Positions 1-9,602 are shown, counted from the stretch's first letter. The stretch: 64,000 nucleotides of DNA from Chthoniobacteraceae bacterium (GCA_037190965.1 JBBCKI010000029.1:64001-128000); one strand, 5' to 3'. The notes: generated by a model not told the origin, from the sequence alone. Made by a program: numbers and translations.

Positions 1-113
1 ATCTGAGCGTCAAAACCATCGAGACCTACCGCGAGAATCTGAAAACGAAGCTGCGCCTCCGCAATGCGGCAGATCTTCTGCGCGCCGCGAAGGAATGGGT
101 GGCGGCGATGTAG
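1..113 (+). CDS. 3' end of NarL/LuxR-family regulator (partial, cut by window edge)
   Basis: Frame 3 reads [36 protein letters not shown], a typical LuxR HTH C-terminus; TAG at 111-113. Confidence 0.8.
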   Translation, partial: LSVKTIETYRENLKTKLRLRNAADLLRAAKEWVAAM

Positions 114-260
114 CCTGCCCCCAAAAATACGGGCGAAATGGCAAAAAAAACTGGACTGACCGGGGGTTTTGGGGAGGATACCAACCGGTTTGTATGTTTG
201 TGGTTCAATGCCATCCAAATGTACAACCGAAATATCAGCGCTTAACCCCAGTCATTTAAT

Positions 261-617
261 ATGAACAAATATGTCGATGGATTTGTCGTTCCCGTTCCCA
301 AGGACAAAATTGAAGCTTATCGCCAGATGGCGGCGAAGGCGTCTGAAGTTTGGAAAGAGCACGGGGCTCTGGAGTATCGCGAATGCGTTCTCGACGATGG
401 GGATGCAAAAGAAATGGTCCCTTTTCCCCGCATGATCGAGGCCGGGGAGAATGAAACGGTGGTGTTGGCCTGGATTGTGTACGAATCCCGCGAGCAGCGG
501 GACAAAGTCAACGCTCTGGTGATGGCCGATCCGAGGCTTGCGGAGGTGTGTTGTGAATCGATCTTCGATTGGAAGCGCATGGCCTACGGTGGGTTCCGGG
601 TTTTTGTGGAGGCGTAG
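261..617 (+). CDS. DUF1428 (YbaA-like) protein
   Basis: YVDGFVVPVP...YRQMA...GALEYREC...R..VN..VMADPRL...FD.KRMAYGGF family pattern. Confidence 0.85.
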   Translation: MNKYVDGFVVPVPKDKIEAYRQMAAKASEVWKEHGALEYRECVLDDGDAKEMVPFPRMIEAGENETVVLAWIVYESREQRDKVNALVMADPRLAEVCCESIFDWKRMAYGGFRVFVEA

Positions 618-627
618 CTTTCGCCTT

Positions 628-1017
628 ATGAAAATTGCCGCCAACATCGCCGGGGCTCTGCTTGGGCTTTTGTTTGTTCTTTCCGGGTTCGTCTATTTTT
701 TCCAGCTGATCCCGACACCGGAATTTCCTGAGGGTTCTCCAATCGCCTTGATGATGGGCGCGTTCGGTCCCACCGGTTATTTCGATTTCGTAAAGGCTCT
801 TGAAATAATCGGCGGGGTTTTGATCGCGATTCCGGCAACCCGCAATCTTGGGCTTCTCGTTCTGGGGCCGATTTTGGTGAACATCCTCGCCTTTCATACG
901 TTCATTACGAAAGGCGCGGGCTTATTCGATCCCCCCTTGGTCTTCATCACGGCCGCCATGGCATTCCTGCTCTGGACACGGCGCAAGGCGTTCGTGGCAC
1001 TGGTGACGGCGCGGTGA
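628..1017 (+). CDS. DoxX-like small membrane protein
   Basis: ATG at 628; four hydrophobic segments; 'VKALEIIGGVL...LGPILVNILAFH' pattern. Confidence 0.75.
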   Translation: MKIAANIAGALLGLLFVLSGFVYFFQLIPTPEFPEGSPIALMMGAFGPTGYFDFVKALEIIGGVLIAIPATRNLGLLVLGPILVNILAFHTFITKGAGLFDPPLVFITAAMAFLLWTRRKAFVALVTAR

Positions 1018-2640
1018 TCAGAACTCGACGTTCGGCGACGAACCGTCGGTCTGGCGTTCGATCAATCTTTGGACACGTGGCGGCTCCGTCCCGCGATGGA
1101 GCGCCGTGATGCGTTCGCCCACGAGGGCGTCGGCCTGGGTGGTGCGTTGATTATGACGCACATACTCCACCCAGGTGGGAAACTGGTAGCTCATCACCCA
1201 CCGCTCCGGTTTCTGGAGATCGCGCATTAAAGTCCATTTTCTTGCGCCGTCCCGGAGCCGGATGCGTCTTCGTTCGTTCATCGCGCTCAGGAACTCGGGG
1301 ACATCGGCGTCAGCGATGAGGAATTCGACCGTGATGACGATGGGACCGCTGCATGAGGTGAGATCGAGGGCGAGCGACGGTTCTTGCCATCGATTGAGGG
1401 GATCGAGATTGAGCGATGCCTGCTCTGGCAGAGGGTAGCGAATCCCGGTGGCTCCCCCGACGAGCAAGGCGACGCCTGCCGCGATGAGCGCCGTTTCCGT
1501 GTCATACCTTTCCGCAACCATCCCCCAGATCCAACTGCCGACCGCAAACCCCGCGAAGGCCGCCGTCTGGTAAAGCGCCAGCGCCCGGCCCAGCACCCAG
1601 CGCGGGGCGGAGAGCTGCACCGTGACGTTGAAGCGCGACAGGGCCAAAACCCAGGAGGCTCCCGCAAGGAACAAACCGGCGCTGGTCAGCCACCGATTCG
1701 TGCTGATCGCGGCGATCCAGGCGCCGAGGGCAGAAACCCCGAAGGCCCAGCGGATCGTTGCTTCGATGGAAAGGAGTGCCTCGAGCCGGCCAATGACCAC
1801 GGCTCCGAAAATACCTCCCAGGCCAAAGGCCCCGAGCATCATACCGTAGTCGCTCGGGCCACCACCCAGCCGGTCCCTCGCCACCAGGGGCAAAAGGGCG
1901 AGCAGGGCGATCGCCGCGATGCCGAAGACAAACGCGCGAAAAAGCACTTTGCCGAGATTCGGAGACATCGCCACGTAGCGGAGTCCCGCCGCCATGGCAG
2001 TCGTGATCCCCTCGCGGGGGAGCGTCTTGGTGGGGATCGGTGGTTTCCACCGAAAGAGGACGACAATTAGACCTACGTAACTCAGGGCATTGGCAGCGAA
2101 CGCGGCGACGACACCCGCCGAGGCGATGATAATGCCTCCGAGTGCCGGGGCGATGCTTCGCGAGAGATTGAAGCCAACGCTGTTGAGCGTCACCGCTGAC
2201 GGGATGACCAGACGTGGAACGACATCACTGACCGAAGCCTGCCATGCGGGGTTGTTCAAGGCCGTTCCACACCCGACCAGAAACGTAAAACCCAGGAGTT
2301 GCCACGGGGTGATCGCGCCAAGCCAGGCAAAAGCCGTAAGCACCGCCGAGACCACGAGCATAAAAATGTTGGCCGCCAGCATGACGTGCCGCCGGTGGTA
2401 GTTGTCGGCAATGGCCCCTGAGGCCAGAGAGAAGAGCATGATCGGCAGCGTCGTCGAAGCCTGGACCAGGGCGACCATGTTTGTGGAAGCCGAGATCGTG
2501 GTCATCATCCAGGCCGCTCCGGTCATTTGAATGAGACTGCCGAAGGTGGACACCAGATTGGCGATCCACAATTTGCGGAATGTATTGTGGACGAAGGGCT
2601 CCAGGAATGACCCCCAGGTCCTTTCCGAAGAGTCGCTCAT
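1018..2640 (-). CDS. MFS transporter (MFS_3/DUF894 type, with C-terminal soluble domain)
   Basis: FRKLWIANLVSTFG...AAWMMT, GAIADNYHRR motif A, PAWQASV, about 12 TM segments; start taken at MSDSS. Confidence 0.9.
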   Translation of the reverse strand: MSDSSERTWGSFLEPFVHNTFRKLWIANLVSTFGSLIQMTGAAWMMTTISASTNMVALVQASTTLPIMLFSLASGAIADNYHRRHVMLAANIFMLVVSAVLTAFAWLGAITPWQLLGFTFLVGCGTALNNPAWQASVSDVVPRLVIPSAVTLNSVGFNLSRSIAPALGGIIIASAGVVAAFAANALSYVGLIVVLFRWKPPIPTKTLPREGITTAMAAGLRYVAMSPNLGKVLFRAFVFGIAAIALLALLPLVARDRLGGGPSDYGMMLGAFGLGGIFGAVVIGRLEALLSIEATIRWAFGVSALGAWIAAISTNRWLTSAGLFLAGASWVLALSRFNVTVQLSAPRWVLGRALALYQTAAFAGFAVGSWIWGMVAERYDTETALIAAGVALLVGGATGIRYPLPEQASLNLDPLNRWQEPSLALDLTSCSGPIVITVEFLIADADVPEFLSAMNERRRIRLRDGARKWTLMRDLQKPERWVMSYQFPTWVEYVRHNQRTTQADALVGERITALHRGTEPPRVQRLIERQTDGSSPNVEF

Positions 2641-2945
2641 TCTGCGTTCGAAACGTTCATCGTACTTGCTCCGGTTGTTGGCGGGACGGGAAGGCTTTCT
2701 CCTTCTCCGGCGGGACCATGACAAACGGGCGACGAACGAATTGTTTTCTCATTGCAGCCATCTTTAGAAGCCTAAAATCGTTGCGAATTTCTGACAGTCA
2801 ACGATTGGCTGACCAACCAGGGCTCGAAGAGCATGAGAAATCAAGTCAACAAAGGCTTGGCGAGCGGCACGCGACCTTGCCGCGTTTAAGGACGATCCTG
2901 GGTTGGCTCCGTATTCTGGATTTCAGCGATCCGGCTTCCAATAGG

Positions 2946-3704
2946 CTATTTTGGTGTCAAAGAGCGGCGGCTAAGCCAGTCCTTGAAACGTGTGGAACCC
3001 AGGTGAGCATCTTTGCCCGGCACGAGGCTTTCATCGGGTACTATAATACCGAAGTAAAGTGCCTCAGGATCGACAACAATCGTCCGTGCGTCCCCGGTTT
3101 CGGTTAGAAGTTGCCGGACGAGTTCGTCTTGAGGGAACTGTTCAGGACCAGCCAGTTCCACGATTGCGTTCAAAGGTGCTTTGATGGCCATGTCGGCCAG
3201 AGCTGCCGCGACATCGTCTGATCCGATCGGTTGCATCAACACGGGTGGCAGCCGAACCACTTTCCCTTCTGTAGCCGATTCGGCAATGGCACTGACAAAC
3301 TCGAAGAATTGGGTTGCTCGAACGATGGTAAAGGGAATCCGCGAAGCCTTGATCAGATTTTCTTGGGCCATTTTCGCACGGAAGTAACCGCTGGCGAGCA
3401 AACGGTCGGTGCCCACCACCGAGAGCGCTACGTGATGTTTGACGCGGGCGGCTTCTTCCGCAGCAAGAAGGTGGCGCCCTGATGTTTCGAAAAACTCCAT
3501 CGCGGCTTTGTCTTCAAACGAAGGCGAGTTTGCCACGTCGATAACGACTTCAGCCCCGGTAAGCGCCTCAGTCAGTCCTTTGCCGGTAATAGTGTCGACA
3601 CCCGAAGAGCGAGACGCCGCCACCACTTCATGGCCATTTTCACGGAGGATCTTCACCACTTTGCGCCCGATAAGGCCACTGCCACCAACAACGGTAATTT
3701 TCAT
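2946..3704 (-). CDS. NmrA/SDR-family NAD(P)-binding oxidoreductase
   Basis: N-terminal GGSGLIG Rossmann motif; YFRAK; TIVRATQFFEF. Confidence 0.9.
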   Translation of the reverse strand: MKITVVGGSGLIGRKVVKILRENGHEVVAASRSSGVDTITGKGLTEALTGAEVVIDVANSPSFEDKAAMEFFETSGRHLLAAEEAARVKHHVALSVVGTDRLLASGYFRAKMAQENLIKASRIPFTIVRATQFFEFVSAIAESATEGKVVRLPPVLMQPIGSDDVAAALADMAIKAPLNAIVELAGPEQFPQDELVRQLLTETGDARTIVVDPEALYFGIIVPDESLVPGKDAHLGSTRFKDWLSRRSLTPK

Positions 3705-3799
3705 TCCTTAACGTTCGTAAGTCGGCGAAAGGTTGCGTTGTGCCAATGATCCGTTTTTGTTTACAATAGGGCAAAATCTGTTACACGCGCACTTTAATC

Positions 3800-4618
3800 G
3801 TGCTTATGGCCTCTGCCGCCTCGCTTGCCCGACTTAACCTTGCGACCATCGAGCTCTTTGCGCCGGGCTTGAATATGGGGAATTATGTGCAACGCGCGCA
3901 TGCCTTTATCGCGGCCTTGCTGCCGATTGACCTGAGCGGCTACGGGGCGCTCGACAATGCGACTGGCCAGCTGGACGCCCGCTTCGATCATCATCCGGTG
4001 GGGCTGCAAACTTCGCTGGAAGCTTACGGCCGGCACATGCACAAGTATGAGCCCTTCCGCTTCGATCCATCGGTTAATGGCGGAAAGCCTTACAGCGCGC
4101 GAGATTTTTTCACGAAGGGCGCTTTTCACGATCTCGATATTTTTCAGGAGGTGCACCGCCCGCTCGGGTATGAGGACCACTGCTTCGTCCATGTCCCCAC
4201 GGAGGCGGGGACCACGCTATTTTTCGGGCTCTTCCGTGAGGGGCTCTTTCGGGCTGCCGACAAGGAATTGCTGGCGCTCGGCCAGCCGCACCTGGCTAAT
4301 GCCCGCCGCCTCGCTTTTGCGCAGAGCGTGGTTCTGGACCCAGCGCTCGATCCCGGCGCTTTCACCCTGTTTGGCTATTCGCCCCGGCAGAGTGAGATCC
4401 TATATTGGCTCCTGCAGGGAAAAACGAATGCCGAAATTGCTGATGCCCTGCACCTCCGTATGGATACGGTGAGCGCCTACGTTCACGATATCTACGGCCG
4501 AATGGGCGTGAGCAATCGCGTGGCCGCCGTTCTCAATGCCATCGCCCTCGTTCGCTCGTCTTCCGCCGGGGCCGGGCGGGTAGCGTTTCAGGTGCCCACC
4601 GGGCGGACTCCCCCTTGA
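3800..4618 (+). CDS. LuxR-type HTH transcriptional regulator with N-terminal sensor domain
   Basis: C-terminal SPRQSEILYWLLQGKTNAEIADAL...TVSAYVHDIYGRMGVSNR. Confidence 0.85.
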   Translation: MLMASAASLARLNLATIELFAPGLNMGNYVQRAHAFIAALLPIDLSGYGALDNATGQLDARFDHHPVGLQTSLEAYGRHMHKYEPFRFDPSVNGGKPYSARDFFTKGAFHDLDIFQEVHRPLGYEDHCFVHVPTEAGTTLFFGLFREGLFRAADKELLALGQPHLANARRLAFAQSVVLDPALDPGAFTLFGYSPRQSEILYWLLQGKTNAEIADALHLRMDTVSAYVHDIYGRMGVSNRVAAVLNAIALVRSSSAGAGRVAFQVPTGRTPP

Positions 4619-4769
4619 TCCCGAGCCGCCGCGCGATACCCCCGGCCTCTACCGGTTTGCCGAAGAGGTCTCTTGAAGACAGCGGCGTTGCCTCCATGGT
4701 CACACTGGCCAAGACTTTACGATCGTGGGCAGACTCAACCACTTAATCCTGCTTCAGTCCCCCAATCTT

Positions 4770-4906
4770 CGTTATAGACCCCGAGCCGTCATTCTTCGGC
4801 CCAAGCTGTCACAAAGCGCCTGAACAGATACAAGCAGAAGTCCCGGAGACTGAGTGGATTGATCGCGATTTGGCACAATCTGACGCGGGGTGCCAATTAG
4901 AGGAGA
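4770..4906 (+). pseudogene. Degenerate relic of an integrase C-terminal tail abutting the left att copy
   Basis: Translates PETEWIDRDLAQSDAGCQLEEI, gap-free colinear with PETEGFRRELTLLDIARHEEGL of the resident integrase just before its att. Confidence 0.5.
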
Positions 4907-4930
4907 TTGGCTGCCTTACTAGGACTCGAA
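4907..4930 (+). repeat. att direct repeat, tRNA-distal copy (24 bp)
   Basis: TTGGCTGCCTTACTAGGACTCGAA, identical to 16559..16582 (reverse complement of the tRNA-Gln 3' end). Confidence 0.95.
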
Positions 4931-5107
4931 GGTACTGAGAAATCAAGTAAACAACAGGCTTGGCGGGTGGCGTTGACACTTCTGGGGACACACGGCTCTG
5001 ACGCGCTTAAGGATGAGGTTCTTGAGGTCTTGAGGCGATGGGGGAAGCTGCCTGAAGCGATGCGAGCGGGAATTCTTGCGATGATTCGGGCGTCGTCATC
5101 GATTTGA
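4907..5107 (+). other. Displaced (attP-form) C-terminal coding segment of the integrase
   Basis: Open frame begins with the att codons LAALLGLE, the same frame as in the integrase, and continues to ...RRWGKLPEAMRAGILAMIRASSSI*. Confidence 0.75.
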
Positions 5108-5183
5108 GTAACGGTTTTCCTTTATGCCTGCATCCCCCGGATGCCGGTGTCAAAATTCGTACTACAAATCCTTGAAGCAATTC

Positions 5184-6350
5184 TTAGAAATCAACTTTCC
5201 CAAAATCTGATAAGGCCTGTTGCCACGGGCGAATCCATCGTCCATCGTTTCGAGACTCATCAAGAAAAATGTCTTTATCATCGAGTTGCTCCCATCTTTC
5301 CCCTGCCTCTCGGAGCCATTTCCTTACGAGAGTTCCTGCTTCCTTTCCTTGGAGCTTCTTTTCTGTGAGTCCGAACCAAGCGAGATACTGCCGCCAACTT
5401 AATCCGAGCCAAGGGATTTTTGGCTCACTCGAAAACTGTGTCAAAATCGCCTGTCCCCAAAGATTGTTTGAATCTCCCATCGCTAAAAACTGGGGGAAAT
5501 CACGTTGAAGTCGGGCGATATCGGCTGGCCGAAGAAATGCCATCAAACTTTGCTCGAACCAGTAAGGGAGAGCACCTCCGCCTCCTTCTTTCTCTTCATC
5601 AAATCTACTTTTTGTAAATCGTCTGAGGTTGAAGAACTTTCCTGTGGCACAGTGAGTTGCGCCTGCAGCCTTCATTAATACCAATTCGCTTGAGCAATGG
5701 GAAAGTATCACAGGACATCCCGCCCTTTCTAAGGCTCCTATGAGGACCATGAGATTCAGAACGCTAGAACTATCCGTTAGTTCGCGGCGAGGCTCAACAT
5801 TCGATTCGACGACCAGATAACATGCTTTCTGTGAACCGCTTGTGATCGCAGAAGCGATGCGAAAGGCATCATTCCTATCGCCGAGTTCATCCAGATGCAC
5901 TCCGAGTGTTAAGATGGGTCGAATCGAAGACGACTGAAGGTTTTCGGCCAACTCTTCGTAGTTGGCAACGCAGTGGCAAAGATAGTCGCTATTCCATTTT
6001 TTGGGGATGACAGCAGGTGAACAAATTGCATCGACGGCAATTCGTTTTCCGTAATCGGCGATTTTTCCAACGATGTCAGACCACCATCGAGAAGAGGTTA
6101 AGTCTGCTGTATCAAGATCTTGTGGAAAGTACGCTTGGTCAGGGAGACGGCCAGCCTCGCTTCGGGGGTAATATAACTGAGGGTCAAGAACGATGTCGTA
6201 TTCGGCTTTTCTTCGGAAGTTTACGATGTCGTTTTGCAACTCAAGCTCCGTGCGATTAACCGGACTGAGAATAATCCCTTCGAAGGTTTGAAGTCCCCGC
6301 TCTCCAACGAGGTTTTCGGAGCCGTGGCCCATTTGAAAATAAGCGCCCAT
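5184..6350 (-). CDS. Uncharacterised 388-aa protein, predicted TIM-barrel-like (beta-protein/TGT-like fold is a guess)
   Basis: Long ORF starting 5 nt after the kinase stop; alternating beta/alpha pattern with GIILSP, LDPQLY, ICSP and ATGKFFNLRRF blocks. Confidence 0.7.
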   Translation of the reverse strand: MGAYFQMGHGSENLVGERGLQTFEGIILSPVNRTELELQNDIVNFRRKAEYDIVLDPQLYYPRSEAGRLPDQAYFPQDLDTADLTSSRWWSDIVGKIADYGKRIAVDAICSPAVIPKKWNSDYLCHCVANYEELAENLQSSSIRPILTLGVHLDELGDRNDAFRIASAITSGSQKACYLVVESNVEPRRELTDSSSVLNLMVLIGALERAGCPVILSHCSSELVLMKAAGATHCATGKFFNLRRFTKSRFDEEKEGGGGALPYWFEQSLMAFLRPADIARLQRDFPQFLAMGDSNNLWGQAILTQFSSEPKIPWLGLSWRQYLAWFGLTEKKLQGKEAGTLVRKWLREAGERWEQLDDKDIFLDESRNDGRWIRPWQQALSDFGKVDF

Positions 6351-6355
6351 AGGTT

Positions 6356-7201
6356 TTAATCTTCAAGTGCTGTTATAAGTTCCTGATGTACCGAAAATCG
6401 CTGAACAGGCCATGGGCGTACCATTTTTACCAAAGCCGCCAGCCCCTGCATCTCCATCTGTTTCCTAAACTCACCGGATGGCCCCTTCCTCGAGGCAGTT
6501 GCAGCCACGACTTGGGGAGGAGTCATGCCCTCAGCTTCGTAGGGATGACGAGCTGTTAGGGCTATACTGCCCACAACTCCAACCGAAAACTGATCCGTTC
6601 GCCAGTCAATCGACTGTTTTTCGTTATTGAGCTGCTCAGGTGACGAAAAATAGGGAGTTCCGGGTCCTTGAGGAAGCCAACTCATTGTAAGGGAGTGCTG
6701 AGAAAGATCACGAACGAGGCCAAAATCGACTAAAATGGGAATTTCTGAGTCATGACGAAACATGATATTCGCCGGTTTGATGTCCCGATGTACCAGCCGG
6801 TGCTCACGCAGCACTGCGATTGCTTGGACAAGCTCCAATAGAAGAGAACGGACTTCAAAGGGCGTAAAAAGTCGTTCAGCGAGACGATCTTCGAGTGTTC
6901 CTCCACCCAGAAACTCTTCAACGCAAACATCGTATTCGCAGCCGTTGTTCGCCCGAAAGGCTTTATAATCCAAAAGTCGAGCTATTCTAGTCGAAGTGCA
7001 GCGTTTTAAGGCTGCAATTTCTCTTTCAGTTCGGACGAAATCCGCTCTCGATCTGTCGATAACCTTTAATGCTACAATCTGCCCTTCAGGCGTTTCGGCC
7101 CGATAAGTTTCCTTAAATGCACCAGCTGCTTGAAATCCAATAATTTTGAATCCCAAAGTTCGACATGCCTCTTCGGCTACGCTATGAAGATTGCTTGTCA
7201 C
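6356..7201 (-). CDS. Hanks-type Ser/Thr protein kinase (catalytic domain only)
   Basis: VALK, EREI, HRDIKPANI, DFG, GTPYFSSPEQ, TDQFSVG; GTG start overlaps the upstream TGA (GTGA at 7201..7198). Confidence 0.93.
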   Translation of the reverse strand: MTSNLHSVAEEACRTLGFKIIGFQAAGAFKETYRAETPEGQIVALKVIDRSRADFVRTEREIAALKRCTSTRIARLLDYKAFRANNGCEYDVCVEEFLGGGTLEDRLAERLFTPFEVRSLLLELVQAIAVLREHRLVHRDIKPANIMFRHDSEIPILVDFGLVRDLSQHSLTMSWLPQGPGTPYFSSPEQLNNEKQSIDWRTDQFSVGVVGSIALTARHPYEAEGMTPPQVVAATASRKGPSGEFRKQMEMQGLAALVKMVRPWPVQRFSVHQELITALED

Positions 7202-7659
7202 CGTGATTCGCTTTCGACGTGCGTACGAGCCGCATCTGTTAGCCAAGGCAGCAACGGTGCATTTCGTTTCGGCTCAATTTCAATTTTTGGTTCGCCATTT
7301 TCCATGCAAATTAGGCCGATGCCCTGCCTCTGAAACTGCTCTTTTGACTTCAAGGCTGCTTTGCCTGCTCGACTGGGAAGCACTACGTAGCAGTAATGAG
7401 CAAAGCAGGCATTCCGACGAGCTTGTTCAAGGGCCTTTTTCCATTTTGACAATTTAGCCTCGAAGGCGTGCAAATCACCGCTAGTGCTGATACCGACGAT
7501 ATCGGTACGCCCAGAGGCGTAAAAGAATTCGAATCCGACGACATTACAAGGTATTGGGCTTTGAGCGGTGACTATCATCCGTGAGAGGGCATTTACGAGC
7601 ATTTCTTCCGTTGGATAGCAAGCATCGTTTTCGTTTTTTTTCCCAATGCGCGTGCTCAT
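7198..7659 (-). CDS. PD-(D/E)XK nuclease-fold protein (MmcB/sce7726-like)
   Basis: E...EF...GRTDIV...AFEAKL..W..ALEQA....FAHYCYVVLP...GIGLI; start uncertain (7659 or 7752). Confidence 0.75.
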   Translation of the reverse strand: MSTRIGKKNENDACYPTEEMLVNALSRMIVTAQSPIPCNVVGFEFFYASGRTDIVGISTSGDLHAFEAKLSKWKKALEQARRNACFAHYCYVVLPSRAGKAALKSKEQFQRQGIGLICMENGEPKIEIEPKRNAPLLPWLTDAARTHVESESR

Positions 7660-8257
7660 AGGCTTACTCCATTCAGTCCGAGGTGAACAAAAAAATTGAA
7701 AATGGCGTGTTTCAAAGATGAGTGAGCATTCATGCTCGGCCTCTAAATGCAAAGGTGTAAGTTTTTGGATTCGAGTCCGTTATGGCCTTCCAAAAGCATA
7801 CCTAACAGGTTTGCGACTTTAAGGCGGGGTAGAGGCCGTCTCGATATGGCGAGGTTTTGAAAATTTTGTCGATGATACTCTTTTGAGCCGCGTAAAGGGA
7901 AGTTGCTATCCGCAATTTCGAACGTCCGCCGAATCGCTCGCGCGCGCTCTGGTACTCGCCAAACCCGTCTGTGTCCGGTCTCTTTAAATTCAGCCAATGC
8001 TCCAAAACGTGTGAGCTTGCCGTCCATTTGGGTGTTGCAATCCGTTAGCTTGACCCTCGGAATCAGGGTGTTATCCTCTTGCTCCGACAAGCGGCAGCAG
8101 CCGCAGTGGGTTCGACCACTGCGACTGCCACTCTCGAGCTTGCCTTGCCGCCCCTTTGAGACCTTCCCGCTAAAGATAGGTTCTCATTGGGGCGACTTTT
8201 TTTCCACCGATCCAACAGCGGCAGGCTCAGCCTGCTGGATCGATGCTCTTCTTCTCC

Positions 8258-8698
8258 TCATGCGCTAGCTCCTTTCTCCGGTTCGATGGAATCCGTCTGG
8301 CTCTGGAGCAGCTTCTCCAGAGCCTTGAAAAGGGGTTCCAGTTGAAACTTGTTTGTCTGCGCTTCCCTCATTACTCGCTTCAGGTACCCCTTAGTTTCCA
8401 AACTCCGCGCATATCCTCGAACGGCGGTTGGCGTAACACCCATTTTTTTAGCCAAGCTCTTGAAGCCCGGGTATGGTGCCTCTTTGTCAAACTTGTGTCG
8501 CATGAGGTGAATGACCAATAGCGCTTCCGCGTGGCTCAGTGGTTGCGGCAACGAGGAGTAGCTCTCGAGAAAAAACACCGAAATCGGGGTAAAACCACCC
8601 TTTGCTATAAGGGCAGGTGTCCACCGATCCGTCACCTGCTTGGAAGCGGGCTGGTCGGATGCAAGGCTGCGTTTTTTCGGCTTTAGGTTGATCTTCAT
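8258..8698 (-). CDS. Winged-HTH protein (DnaD/replication-initiator N-terminal-like)
   Basis: GFTPIS...LSHAEALLVIHL...PYPGFKSLAKKMGVT...VRGYARSLETKGYLKR...TNKFQL. Confidence 0.75.
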   Translation of the reverse strand: MKINLKPKKRSLASDQPASKQVTDRWTPALIAKGGFTPISVFFLESYSSLPQPLSHAEALLVIHLMRHKFDKEAPYPGFKSLAKKMGVTPTAVRGYARSLETKGYLKRVMREAQTNKFQLEPLFKALEKLLQSQTDSIEPEKGASA

Positions 8699-8934
8699 TG
8701 CAGACAGCGGCAACTTTAAGGCGGAGCAGGGCTTGTACAAGGAAATTTTTCGGGGGTTGCCTGCTATGTTCCCTTTTAGCTAATTCGAAGTTCTTAAATT
8801 TTTGCTATGTTTCGGTGTAATGGTTCTTTCATACCCATGAATGGTTTTATACACCCCCTCCTGTAACAAATGTTTTAGATGGGGGTGTAAGCATTTTTTT
8901 ATTTTTCGCGCCTCAAAAACGCTCGGAATCGTGT

Positions 8935-9585
8935 TCATTGGTTTGCCGCCACAACCCGTTTGACCCGTTGAACAGTAGAAACTCCCTTCCCGCTGATTTT
9001 CGCGGTGTGGCGCACGGAATGTCCCGCTTTCAAATGACGGAGGATGTCTTTGTGCTTTTGCAGAAAGAGATCGCGAGAAAGAGCTGCCCCTGTAGGGCGT
9101 CCCAGTTTTACTCCTTTTCGCCGCGCTTCGGCCAACCCCGATTGAATACGCTCGCTCAGTGTCTCGATCTCGTTTCGGGCCATTTCGGCAAGAAGTGCCA
9201 GCATAATTCCTGCCGCTGGATTTCGTTTTCCGTTCTGAAGAAGGGTTTCAACGCCTTGAGCGTGCCAGTAGAGAGACACGCCGCACTCCTCCAGTGTCTC
9301 CACAAATTTGTGGGTGACACTGTTTCTGCGTGCCAGACGGGATACCTCATGAACAAGAATCTTTTTGATCTTACCGGAAGCTGCCAGCTCCTCTGCGCGC
9401 TTTAATCCGTGGCGGTCTGATTCCTTTGCACGACCGGAAACCGTCTCACGGCAAATCTCGATGACCTCGTAGTTTTTTCGGGTGGCATGTTCCTGCAGCT
9501 CCGAAATCTGACGGTCGGTTTCCTGTTTAACGGTCGAAACGCGGACCAAGATCGCGACCGGCACTTTGGGAGCATTCTCTTCCAT
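8935..9585 (-). CDS. Small serine recombinase (resolvase/invertase)
   Basis: RVSTVKQ catalytic Ser motif, ETVSG, SRLAR, ERIQSGL..AR.KG..LGRP, C-terminal HTH. Confidence 0.93.
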   Translation of the reverse strand: MEENAPKVPVAILVRVSTVKQETDRQISELQEHATRKNYEVIEICRETVSGRAKESDRHGLKRAEELAASGKIKKILVHEVSRLARRNSVTHKFVETLEECGVSLYWHAQGVETLLQNGKRNPAAGIMLALLAEMARNEIETLSERIQSGLAEARRKGVKLGRPTGAALSRDLFLQKHKDILRHLKAGHSVRHTAKISGKGVSTVQRVKRVVAANQ

Positions 9586-9602
9586 GTCGCGGAAAATTAC
9601 TA

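Noticed and set aside
7743..8268. ORFs 7743..8090, 7802..8005 and 7903..8268 as genes
   Set aside because: They overlap each other, use non-ATG starts and have no recognisable motifs; left as unexplained sequence.
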